Below the pieces are notes generated by a model that worked only from the letters and a program-made list of their open reading frames with translations, was not told the DNA's origin and did not search any database. Of a DNA stretch of 64,000 bases, positions 38,103 through 46,826 are shown in pieces. Positions within the stretch are counted from its first letter, which is position 1. Each line of letters begins with the position of its first letter. This stretch comes from Haloferacaceae archaeon (GTDB taxonomy: Archaea > Halobacteriota > Halobacteria > Halobacteriales > Haloferacaceae). A program made the translations under genes and the position numbers. The DNA lies in NCBI GenBank assembly GCA_042216345.1, contig JBDGUA010000014.1, positions 256 through 64,255 of the forward strand. Direction: 5' to 3'.

Positions 38103-40976
38103 TCAGCGGGCCAGCGACCCGAGACCGGGGCTGAGTCTCCCGGTCGAAGAGAGGTAGGCGTAGCCGGAGAACCCGATCAGCAGCAGGAACGGGAGGAACA
38201 CGTACGGCGTGGAGTCCGGGTCCCCCCCGACGCGGACGGTCCCGGCTCGTGCGTCGCCGACGGCGACCACGTGGCTGCCGGTCTCCTCGAACGCTTCCCG
38301 GAAGACGATCCGCTGGCTCTCGCCGGCGGGGACGCTCACCGTGCGCCGGGCCACGACGTCGCCGTCGACCCGGAGCGTCACCGTCGACGTTCCCGCGCGA
38401 GCGCCCTGGTTCTCGACGCGAGCGGTCACCCGGGTGGGCTCGTCGACGGCGACCGAGAGCGTCCCGTCGGTCGCTGACCCGCCGAGCGAGGCCGAGGCGA
38501 CCGTCAGGTCGGGCCGGACGACCCCCACAGCGAACGTCGAGAGCCCGGGCACCGCCGCCCGGATTCGGTAGGTGTCGGCGCTCTCGCCGACGATCGTGGC
38601 GTCGTGGGCGTGCCAGCCGCCGTCGAAGCGGTAGACGCGGATCGCCGAGGGTGGCGCCCCCTCCAGCGCCGCCTTCGAGACGGTGGCCGTCAGCGACACG
38701 TCGCTCACGTTGCCCTCGTCGACGCTGTGGTTGACGGAGACGTACCGCAGCGGCCTGACCGGGCGCCCGTCGTCGAGGGCCGGCCGGCCGCCCGGCGGGC
38801 CGTCGCGGGGGACCCGTCGGACCGTGAAGTTGCCGCGGCGGTGGATGTCGAACTCGACGGCCCGGAGCGACGTGGGGCGGTCTCGGGTCGCGTTCAGCCG
38901 GTCGAACGGGATCGAGACGGTCCGCCCCTCGCGGGCGTAGACGACGTCGCCGTCGACGACCGCGCCGTCGTCGGTCGAGAGGATCACCCGCATCGGCGGG
39001 CGGGGGTCGTCGGTCGCACCGTCGGCGTCGTCCCCACCGTCGGCGGCGGCGTCGCCCCCGCCGTCGCCCGACCCGGACGCGTCCCCGGAGCCGTCCGTGG
39101 ACCCGTCGTCGACGTAGACGACCTCGGTCTCGGTCACGACCTCCGTCGTCGTCTCGGTGGCGTCGCTGACGTCGTCGACCCGGACCGTCCGCTCGTCGGT
39201 CGCGGAGTGGTTCTCCACGTCGTAGACGGTCAGGGTCGCGGTGTAGGTCCCGGGGTCGTCGTAGGTGTGGACCGCCGTCGGACCCGTCGCGTTCGCCCCG
39301 TCGCCGAACGCCCAGCGGTAGCGGGTGATCCCCGTCTCGTCGGTCGACCCGTCGGCGTCGAAACCGACCGAGGTGTCCTCCTCGACCGTGCGGTTCTGTC
39401 CGGCGTCGGGAACCGGCGCCGTGGTGTCGAGGACCAGCGTCCCCGACTCGTTCGCGTCGCTGTGGCCGTACTCGTTGGTCGCGGTGACGGCGACGGCGCG
39501 CGCGCCGTCCGGGTCGGCGGCGCTCGCGTCGACCCGGAACGTGCCGGCGTAGCGACCCCCGGTGCTGGTCAGCGCGACCGTCCCGGCGCCGAACGCCGAG
39601 GCGTTCGCGGCGACGCTCGTGAGCGTCGTCCGGTTGTCGACCGCGGCGGTCACCCGGAGGGTGTCGTTGCCGCCGACGATGCCGTTGCCGTCGGCGCCGT
39701 CGGCGATCGTGACGTTCCCGACCGCGGGCGAGGGCGTCTGGATGGTGACGCCGTCGGTCTGGTTCTCGGCGCCGTCGATGCCCTCCCCGTTGGTCGCCCT
39801 GGTCAGCGTCGCCGTGTAGTTGCCGTCGGCGTCGACGGTCGTGGTCCCCGCGTAGCTGTACGGCCCCGACCCGGACTCCGAGAGGTCCGACTCGGTCAGG
39901 GTCCTGTCGTCGGGGCCGGTCACGTCGACGGTCACGTCGGTCAACTGCTCGCTGGCGTCGAACGAGATCCGGATCTCTCGCCCCGAGGGGGTTGTCGCGT
40001 CGAAGTCGCTGATCTGGGGGGCCGGCGGGGCGGCGGCGCCGTAGGCGCCGAACCCGCGTACCGCCCCGATCTCGCCCCCTTCGTCGTCGAGGACCGGACC
40101 GACGCTGCCGTTCAGGTAGCTGTAGTAGAGGGTGTCGTCGTCCGTGTTGACGTGGAGGATCTCTGGCGTCGAGTCGCCGGCCACGTCGGTCGCGGCGACC
40201 GGCCCCTTGGCGGCCTCGCCGTAGCTCTGGTTCAGTTTCGTCGTCGACCCGTCGTGGGCCAGCAGCCCGAGGTTGTTGCCGCCGGTGACGTACGGGACCC
40301 GCGCCACGCCGTCGCCGTCGACGTCTGCGGGGGCGCCGATGCCCAGGCCGTTGTTCGATCCGAAACTCGAGAACCCGGTGGTCTGGATGGTCGAGCCGTC
40401 GTAGTACTTGACCGTGCTCGAACTCCCGAGGAACACCAGGTCGTCCCCGCCGTCGCCGTCGAAGTCGGCGATCCCGACCGGGCCGTTGGTCTTGATCTCG
40501 TTACCGTCGGGCCCGAGCACCGGCTCGGGCGCGCCGCCGTCCTCGACGCGGTAGAGGTAGTCGTTGGCCGCGGAGTCGTTCTCGTAGATCACGGCCGACG
40601 TGCCGTCGCCGTTCCAGTCGCCGACGGCGATGGTGTTCATCCCGGCGTCGCCCTCGACCAGCGTCGCCGTCGCACCCGTGGTGTCGACCACCCGGACGTC
40701 GCCGTCGCCGTCGACGAACGGGACCTCGAGGTACTCGTCGCCGTCCAGGTTGCGCATCGGTCCCGCGTACTCACCGGCGACGCCGAGCGACTTCGTGGAG
40801 CCGTCGGCCATCAGGACGGTGATGATTCCCGAGTCGTTCGCGAACGCCGCGGTCGGCGTCCCGCCGCTGCCGCCGGCGGCCGCCGCGGGGGCCGAGGCGA
40901 GCAGACTCACCACTACGAGCGCCGCCACCAGGAGCGGCACCGCTCGCCGTCGGAAGTGAGACAGTTCCATTTCCAC
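38103..40976 (-). CDS. Large secreted/cell-surface protein with FG-GAP/VCBS repeats, a PKD domain, a PGF-pre-PGF-like domain, a CARDB-like domain and a C-terminal TM anchor
   Basis: Signal peptide. Repeats DWNGDGTSAVIYE, DFDGDGGDDLVFLG and DVDGDGVARVPYV. PKD segment FDADGSTDETGITRYRWAFGDGANATGPTAVHTYDDPGTYTATLTVYD. CARDB-like segment VENQGARAGTSTVTLRVDG. Terminal hydrophobic helix. Confidence 0.8.
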   Translation of the reverse strand: MEMELSHFRRRAVPLLVAALVVVSLLASAPAAAAGGSGGTPTAAFANDSGIITVLMADGSTKSLGVAGEYAGPMRNLDGDEYLEVPFVDGDGDVRVVDTTGATATLVEGDAGMNTIAVGDWNGDGTSAVIYENDSAANDYLYRVEDGGAPEPVLGPDGNEIKTNGPVGIADFDGDGGDDLVFLGSSSTVKYYDGSTIQTTGFSSFGSNNGLGIGAPADVDGDGVARVPYVTGGNNLGLLAHDGSTTKLNQSYGEAAKGPVAATDVAGDSTPEILHVNTDDDTLYYSYLNGSVGPVLDDEGGEIGAVRGFGAYGAAAPPAPQISDFDATTPSGREIRISFDASEQLTDVTVDVTGPDDRTLTESDLSESGSGPYSYAGTTTVDADGNYTATLTRATNGEGIDGAENQTDGVTIQTPSPAVGNVTIADGADGNGIVGGNDTLRVTAAVDNRTTLTSVAANASAFGAGTVALTSTGGRYAGTFRVDASAADPDGARAVAVTATNEYGHSDANESGTLVLDTTAPVPDAGQNRTVEEDTSVGFDADGSTDETGITRYRWAFGDGANATGPTAVHTYDDPGTYTATLTVYDVENHSATDERTVRVDDVSDATETTTEVVTETEVVYVDDGSTDGSGDASGSGDGGGDAAADGGDDADGATDDPRPPMRVILSTDDGAVVDGDVVYAREGRTVSIPFDRLNATRDRPTSLRAVEFDIHRRGNFTVRRVPRDGPPGGRPALDDGRPVRPLRYVSVNHSVDEGNVSDVSLTATVSKAALEGAPPSAIRVYRFDGGWHAHDATIVGESADTYRIRAAVPGLSTFAVGVVRPDLTVASASLGGSATDGTLSVAVDEPTRVTARVENQGARAGTSTVTLRVDGDVVARRTVSVPAGESQRIVFREAFEETGSHVVAVGDARAGTVRVGGDPDSTPYVFLPFLLLIGFSGYAYLSSTGRLSPGLGSLAR

Positions 40977-41114
40977 ACCAATAGTGTCTGGCGTCGGAAA
41001 AGTCAGGTGGCCAAACAGGTTTCGCGGACCGGGGCTGACGAGTGGCAGAGCGGACCGGGAGGGGCCGGAGCGAATCGGCTCGATCCCCGTTCAGGGCCGG
41101 GCGTCGGTGACGCT

Positions 41115-41759
41115 TCAGTCCCGTCGGGCGAGCCCCACCAGGTGGCCGGCCTCCGGCAGGACGATCTCGCCGACGCCGAGGCGGACGGCGTTCTCGCTCC
41201 CGGGGAGGCAGAAGACCGGCGTCTCGTCGGCCACGCCGCCGATCGCGCGGGTGCCGACGACCATCGTCCCGATCTCCTCGTAGGAGAACCGCCGGAAGAG
41301 TTCGCCGAAGCCCGGGAGTTCGCGGTCCAGCAGCGGCCGGACCGCCTCGGGAGTGACGTCGTCCGGGGTCACGCCCGTGCCGCCGCTCGTGACCACCAGG
41401 TCGACCGCCTCGCGGTCGGTCAGCCCGTCGACGGTCTCCCGGATGTCGTCGCGGTCGTCGCCGACGACCTCGCGCGCGACTACCCCGTGGCCCTCGGCCT
41501 CGACGAGGTCGACGACGGCGTCGCCGGAGGGGTCCTCGTCGACGCTCCGGGAGGAACTGATCGTCACGACGCCGACGCCGAGGGTCGATACGTCGTGGGC
41601 GTGATGCTCGTCGTCGTGGTGGTCGTCGTGACCGTGTCCGTGCTGCCCGTGGTCGTGATTCTGGTGTCCGTGGTCGTCGTGATCGTGGTCGTCGTGCCCG
41701 TGGTCGTCGTGTTCCCGGTGTCCGTGGCTGCCGTGGTCGTCGTGATCGTGGTCGGACAT
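41115..41759 (-). CDS. moaB: Molybdenum cofactor biosynthesis protein B (MoaB/MogA family) with a His/Asp-rich N-terminal extension
   Basis: ATG 41759 (MSDHDHDDHGSHGH...). MoaB core VVTSGGTGVTPDDVTPEA and FCLPGSENA. Confidence 0.8.
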   Translation of the reverse strand: MSDHDHDDHGSHGHREHDDHGHDDHDHDDHGHQNHDHGQHGHGHDDHHDDEHHAHDVSTLGVGVVTISSSRSVDEDPSGDAVVDLVEAEGHGVVAREVVGDDRDDIRETVDGLTDREAVDLVVTSGGTGVTPDDVTPEAVRPLLDRELPGFGELFRRFSYEEIGTMVVGTRAIGGVADETPVFCLPGSENAVRLGVGEIVLPEAGHLVGLARRD

Positions 41760-41867
41760 GGCTACCCGTTTCGCCGCCCCGTACAAAACTCCCGGCGACC
41801 GGCCGCCCGGGTGCGACGCCGGGCGGAACCGTGAGGGCTTTGCCCCGGCGGGCAGAACTCTCCGGCA

Positions 41868-42161
41868 GTGAGCGATCAGAACCGCGCAGAGGACGGCGGC
41901 TACGTCCACCGGCCCGAGGGGTCGACGGAGCCGGCCTCGGAGGGTGGAGCCGAGGACGGCTTCGGCCGGCGCGGCTGGATCCTCGTCGGCGTCGTCTTCC
42001 TCGCGACCATTGTCGTCCCCGGAATCATCTATCTCTTCCCCGCCGTACCCGGGGAGGCGGGCCTCCCGTTCATCGCCGCGATGCTCGTGTTGCCGATGCT
42101 CCCCGCGGTCGTTCTGGGGCTGGCGGCCGTCTGGTCGATGACCGCGGCGAACCCGGACTGA
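41868..42161 (+). CDS. Hypothetical small membrane protein (2 TM)
   Basis: ORF track 41868..42161. An acidic N-terminus is followed by two hydrophobic helices. Confidence 0.5.
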   Translation: MSDQNRAEDGGYVHRPEGSTEPASEGGAEDGFGRRGWILVGVVFLATIVVPGIIYLFPAVPGEAGLPFIAAMLVLPMLPAVVLGLAAVWSMTAANPD

Positions 42162-42320
42162 GGTCCCCCACTCGACTCGCGGCCGGACGTTCGAGACCCA
42201 CACTCGACCGGATCTCCGCCCGACCTACCGAATCGCTCGAACGTGGTGGTTTCGAGCACAGATGCGGCCGAATCGGAACAAATGCGGCGACTTCCGTCCG
42301 ACCGTCCAGGATTGCCCTTC

Positions 42321-42328
42321 TATAAAAA
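42321..42328 (+). promoter_or_regulatory. TATA-box-like element (TATAAAAA) upstream of the DUF5802-like gene
   Basis: The strongest AT-rich octamer in this spacer. It lies 38-53 nt before the candidate ATGs 42366 and 42381. Confidence 0.45.
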
Positions 42329-42380
42329 CTGTGGCGAGAACTCTTATTCCCGAGCGCACCGTGGTATGGTATTGCACAGC

Positions 42381-42887
42381 ATGTTCGAACAGTTCTCCAG
42401 CGGGTACTACCTCGGACGGCTCTACATCGAACCACACGACGGCACGCGCGCGGCCCTCCACGCGGGGGAGTATCGCGAGGTCCGGCGCCAGCTCTATCGG
42501 GAGGCCGGGTGCGACCCCACCGGGAGCGACCCCACCGGGACCGACCCGGCGGACCTGCCCCTGGTGATGCGCTACGACAGCCAGCACTTCGTCGTCGACG
42601 GCGAGGAGTCGGTCCCCGAGCGGACCCTCGCGGTCCCTGGACCCTGGCTCGACGACTACGACCCGACCGAGCCCCGCGAGGTGTTCCTCGCGAAGGCCGA
42701 CCGCGCCAACCAGCTCCTCCAGTGGGCGGTGGGTGCCGACGACCGGAACGGAGCCGGCGACGGCGACGACGGCGGCGACCATGGCGGCGGCGTTGGCGGG
42801 GACGGCGGGGTGCGTCACCCGCCGGGAAGTCCCTTCGTGCCCAGCGCGCTCGGCGACGTCGCCCGCCCCGGGCGGCGCCATCAGTAG
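42381..42887 (+). CDS. Conserved haloarchaeal hypothetical protein (DUF5802-like). The start could instead be ATG 42366.
   Basis: MFEQFSSGYYLGRLYIEPHDG. TATAAAAA lies at 42321..42328 upstream. Confidence 0.55.
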   Translation: MFEQFSSGYYLGRLYIEPHDGTRAALHAGEYREVRRQLYREAGCDPTGSDPTGTDPADLPLVMRYDSQHFVVDGEESVPERTLAVPGPWLDDYDPTEPREVFLAKADRANQLLQWAVGADDRNGAGDGDDGGDHGGGVGGDGGVRHPPGSPFVPSALGDVARPGRRHQ

Positions 42888-43000
42888 CCTCCCCGGCGTC
42901 GGGCCGCACCGGGGAGCGGCAGGGGCCGAGCGACCTCGGCCACAGGCGGGGTTCGACCCACGCCGCAAGCTAGAAGCCACTGGCGCGGGCGGGTTCCACC

Positions 43001-43888
43001 ATGCTGGACGAGCTGCTCGGGCGGGCGGCGCTCAAAGCGCGGATCGAGGAACTCGAGGACGAGAAGGAGTCGCTGCGCCGGCAGTACGAGTCCGCCGAGG
43101 AGAGCCGTTCGGAGGCGGTCAGCGCCCGCCAGGAGGCCGAAGCGCGGATCAACCGCATGGAGGACCGCATCACGGAGCTCCAGGACCGCGTCGAGCGCCT
43201 CCAGACGGACGAGGCGGAACTCGCCTACCGCGGGCGGGAGTCGCTCCGGGGCGGGCGCCTCGACGAGGTGCTCGCGCGCCTCCGCAGCGTCGAGACGGGG
43301 GCCGAGGGCGCGCTGACCGCGCTCGTCGCGGACGGGCTCCCCGAGACGGTGTCGGAGGCCTTCGGCGACCGGGCGCCGCTCGTTCGGCGGGCGGCGCCCT
43401 GTCTCGCCCTGACCGACGACGCCGGGCTGGTGAGCGCCGTGCTCGCGCCGCCCCGCCCGCCGGAACCGTTCGTCGAGTGGGGCGAGGGCTTCCGCCTGGA
43501 GGAGCGGTGGTTCCGCCCCACCGGCCCGCTCACCTTCGCCCTCGTCCGCTCTGACCTGTTCGCCCTCGGCGAGTACGACGGGAGCGAGTTCCGCAGCGCC
43601 GCCGGCTTCGAGAGCGACGTGAAGTCGAAACACTCGAAGGGCGGCTTCTCCCAGGCCCGCTTCGAGCGCCGCCGCGAGCACCAGATCGACGAGCACCTCG
43701 ACCGCTGCCGGGACGCCATCGCCGAGCGCGACCCGGAGACGCTGGTCCTCGTCGGCGACCGGGCGTCGATCGACGAACTCGCGGACCTGGCCGACCACAC
43801 CGCGACGACCGACGCCAGCGGCGACCCCGAGGAGGCCCTCTCGACGGCCTTCCGCGAGTTCTGGACGACCGACCTGTGGCTGGTGTGA
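43001..43888 (+). CDS. Vms1/ANKZF1-like (VLRF1 domain) putative peptidyl-tRNA hydrolase with an N-terminal coiled coil
   Basis: A ~85-aa heptad-like coiled coil is followed by an eRF1-like region. That region carries KHSKGGFSQARFERRRE, which resembles the GxxQ-containing catalytic loop of VLRF1 domains. Confidence 0.65.
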   Translation: MLDELLGRAALKARIEELEDEKESLRRQYESAEESRSEAVSARQEAEARINRMEDRITELQDRVERLQTDEAELAYRGRESLRGGRLDEVLARLRSVETGAEGALTALVADGLPETVSEAFGDRAPLVRRAAPCLALTDDAGLVSAVLAPPRPPEPFVEWGEGFRLEERWFRPTGPLTFALVRSDLFALGEYDGSEFRSAAGFESDVKSKHSKGGFSQARFERRREHQIDEHLDRCRDAIAERDPETLVLVGDRASIDELADLADHTATTDASGDPEEALSTAFREFWTTDLWLV

Positions 43889-43967
43889 GCCCGCGACGAC
43901 GCTGAACGCAGGGGGGCGACCGCGATCACCGACGCGGAGGACCGCACCCGACCGCCGGGGGCGACCG

Positions 43968-45518
43968 CTACAGCCACTCGGCGAAGGAGTCGTACGCGAG
44001 CGACCGCTCGACGTAGTCGCGCTGCATCGCCGTCACCGCGGCCTCGAAGTCGGCGCCGTCGTCGAGTTCGGCGAGCACGCGCGCTTTCTTCCACTGGCTC
44101 GGCGTCGTCCGCGCGTCCCAGCGCGCCTCCAGGGGCGCGAGCAGGTCGTCGACGCGTGCCGCCGCGACGCCGGACTCGCCTAGGCCGCGGCGTGCGTACG
44201 TGAAGACCTCGTCGTAGACGGTTTCGGGATCGCTCGTCCGGGCGCCGTCGGCGTCGACCCAGGCGAGGTCGGCGTCGAGGCCGTCGCGGACGGCGGCGTA
44301 GAAGCTCTCCCGGGCGTCCTCCCACGGGAGGGTCCCGAGGGGGTGGTCGGCGGCGTCGAGCCCCCGGACCAGCCCGCAGACCAGCGCCTGGCAGGCGACC
44401 ACGTCCGTCGCCGTCGGCTGGGTGGGGATCGGGCGGTACTCGATGCGGATCGAGGCCTCGTCGCCGGCGGCGCCGCGGACGCGCTCGCCCCCGACGACCG
44501 CCCGGAGCCAGCGCCAGTACGTGCCGCGCTTGTGGGCGAGTTCGGGGTAGCGATCGCGGTAGGTCGCCGCCTCGGCCCCGGGGTCGTCGGCGAGGAAGGG
44601 CGCGTACGTCTCGTCGGCGACGAGCCGCCGGACCACGTCGGTTGTCGTCTCCACGTCGCGGGGGAACCGGACCTTTCGGTCGGCCTCCGCCAGGCCCGCG
44701 TTGATCGACTGCTCGAAGACCGGGACCCGGAGTTCGTGGTAGGTGGTCTCGACCAGGTCGGCGGCGGCGTCCACGTCGTCCGCGCCCGCGAGGTCGTAGA
44801 GGTCCAGCGGGAGGAACGGGGAGTTCGTCGTGAGCGCCAGTACCGGGCCGGTCGTGCGCAGCGCGAGGTCGAAGTACGTCGGGAACGCCGCCGACTCGGG
44901 GATCTGGAGGTGCGGCTGGATCGACGTCGCCAGCGACTCCACGAGGATGCTCGGGAACGCCCCCTCGAAGCCGGGGACCGAGAGCGGGATCGTTCCGCCG
45001 GCGTGGCGCAGCACCTCGTTGTCGAGCGCGCTGTAGCGGGCGTCGGTCCGCATGTTCTCGGCGACGACGACGCCGTCGCGCTCCCGGGTCGCCCCGAGGT
45101 AGGCCCGCGTCCCCGCCGCCGGCGGGACCGTCCACATACCGTCCAGCACCAGCCACCGGCCCTCCTCGCCGAGTCGCTCGCGGGCGCGCTCGACGCGCGA
45201 GCGGATCGTCTCGGCCTGCCGGGCGAGCCCCGCGTCGTCGAGCGCGTCGGGCGGGGTGTGGATCTCCAGGTTGTGCAGCCCCAGTTCCGCGTCGCACCCC
45301 TCGAGGTCGAAGACCGCCTCCGGCACCGCGGCGAGCCGCCCTTCCTCGTCGACCACGTACGCCTCCAGTTCCATGCCGGCGGCGAAGCCGGGGCTGTCGA
45401 GCAGCCCCGACTCGCAGTCGGCGGCCATCGCCTCGGCCTGTTCGGCGACGCGCCGGTCGAACTCCCGGGCCGTGCGATCGGCGAGCGAGCGCTGCACCGC
45501 CTCGACGAGGTCGTCCAT
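43968..45518 (-). CDS. gshA: Glutamate--cysteine ligase family 2-like carboxylate-amine ligase (candidate gamma-glutamylcysteine synthetase)
   Basis: GMELEAYVVDEEGRL and AELGLHNLEIHTPP resemble GCS2/YbdK-type motifs. Haloarchaea are known to make gamma-glutamylcysteine. Confidence 0.6.
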   Translation of the reverse strand: MDDLVEAVQRSLADRTAREFDRRVAEQAEAMAADCESGLLDSPGFAAGMELEAYVVDEEGRLAAVPEAVFDLEGCDAELGLHNLEIHTPPDALDDAGLARQAETIRSRVERARERLGEEGRWLVLDGMWTVPPAAGTRAYLGATRERDGVVVAENMRTDARYSALDNEVLRHAGGTIPLSVPGFEGAFPSILVESLATSIQPHLQIPESAAFPTYFDLALRTTGPVLALTTNSPFLPLDLYDLAGADDVDAAADLVETTYHELRVPVFEQSINAGLAEADRKVRFPRDVETTTDVVRRLVADETYAPFLADDPGAEAATYRDRYPELAHKRGTYWRWLRAVVGGERVRGAAGDEASIRIEYRPIPTQPTATDVVACQALVCGLVRGLDAADHPLGTLPWEDARESFYAAVRDGLDADLAWVDADGARTSDPETVYDEVFTYARRGLGESGVAAARVDDLLAPLEARWDARTTPSQWKKARVLAELDDGADFEAAVTAMQRDYVERSLAYDSFAEWL

Positions 45519-45563
45519 CGCCCGACCGTTGGCGGGTGTGCGGCTTAGTGTTGTGGGCGGCGC

Positions 45564-46602
45564 TCAGCCCTCCTCGAGCTTCCGGCTCCGGTCGGTCCGC
45601 CGGAGGATGAACGGCCCGATCGACAGCGTCCGCTTGGTGACGGTGATGATGCGGAGGATGTACGACAGCAGGATCGCGAACGGCAGCAGCGTCAGCGTCG
45701 TCGTCAGCGCGGTGACCACCAGCACGTTCGGCACGCCGAGCAGTACCCCCGTCGTCCCCTCCGGGTCGAAGAACAGGAGCGTGCTCACCGCGACGATCAG
45801 CGCCGGCACCGACGCGTAGAGGATCGCCCGCGAGAGGTCGATCAGCTCCCACTGGAAGTACAGCGTCTTGAAGTGCTCGCGCGCGGCCGAACAGCCGCAG
45901 CGCCTCGACGAGGTCGTCGAACGCCTGGCTCGCGCGATCGGTGAGCGAGTCCTCGTAGGCGGCGCGGATGCGTCGGGCGGCGTAGATCTTCCAGGAGTAG
46001 TTGTAGTTGAGCGCCGACCACACCACGTCGAACTCGCCGAACTGCGCGCCCTCCAGGCCGTCGGTGACCGCGTCGGCGTTCTGCTCGAGGTTCCGTACGT
46101 ACGTCGCGACCTCCTCGGAGAGGTCGTCGTCGTCGATCGCCTCGACCGCGTGCTGGAGGTCCCCGGCGCGGGTGGCGGTCAGCTCGACCAGCGCCCGGAG
46201 GAACGCCGAGGGCATCGTCGGACTCACGTCCTCGTCGATCAGCTCCTCGACGTCGCGCCGGAACGACATGGCCTCCTCCATCCGCTCGCGCTGGTCGCCG
46301 ATCGCGCCCTGCTCCTGGGACAGCACCAGTTGGCTCAGCGTGAGCACCAGCGTGACGCCGGTGATGGTCGAGCCGACCAGCGCCTGCTGGAGCGTCTCGA
46401 TCGGGTCGCCGCTGGTCAGCAACTCGCGCGCCGGCGTCGGGTGGGCGAGGCCGGCGGCGACGATGCCGACGAACACCACGAACAGGAAGACGCCCGCGAC
46501 CAGCCACCGGTTCGCCTCGAGCAGGAGCCAGAGCTTGGTCGTGCTGGCGGCGGCCCGCTCCGGCATCGTGTCGCTGGGCTGTTCTTGCGAGTCCTCTCCC
46601 AT
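45564..46602 (-). pseudogene. Four-TM membrane protein gene immediately downstream of pspA. It is split by an apparent 1-nt frameshift near 45876..45888.
   Basis: The frame from ATG 46602 is sensible up to ...DDLVEALRLFGRAR. The adjacent frame becomes sensible from ...EHFKTLYFQWELIDLSRAILYASVPALIVAV and runs to the stop at 45564. Confidence 0.6.
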
Positions 46603-46725
46603 GTGCGTGGGGTCGCGCGCCCGCCACAAAAGCCCGGTTGCCGTCGGGGCCGCCGGCTGGCGGCTCCGCGGCCGGCCCTCCGCCGAGTGTTCGCCTCCGT
46701 CGCACTCCTGCCCGCGCCTTCCCTG

Positions 46726-46826
46726 GCCCGTCGTGGGCCTTTCTCGCCCGTCGTGAACCTTTCTCGCCCGTTGTGGCCCATCCTCGCCCGTCGTGGGCCT
46801 CTCCTCCCTCGTCGTGGGCCCTTCTT
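46726..46826. repeat. 20-bp tandem repeat x 5 (plus strand GCCCGTCGTGGGCCTTTCTC) abutting the pspA stop codon
   Basis: Units at 46726, 46746, 46766, 46786 and 46807. The pspA stop codon (TAA on the minus strand) occupies 46825..46827. Confidence 0.9.
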
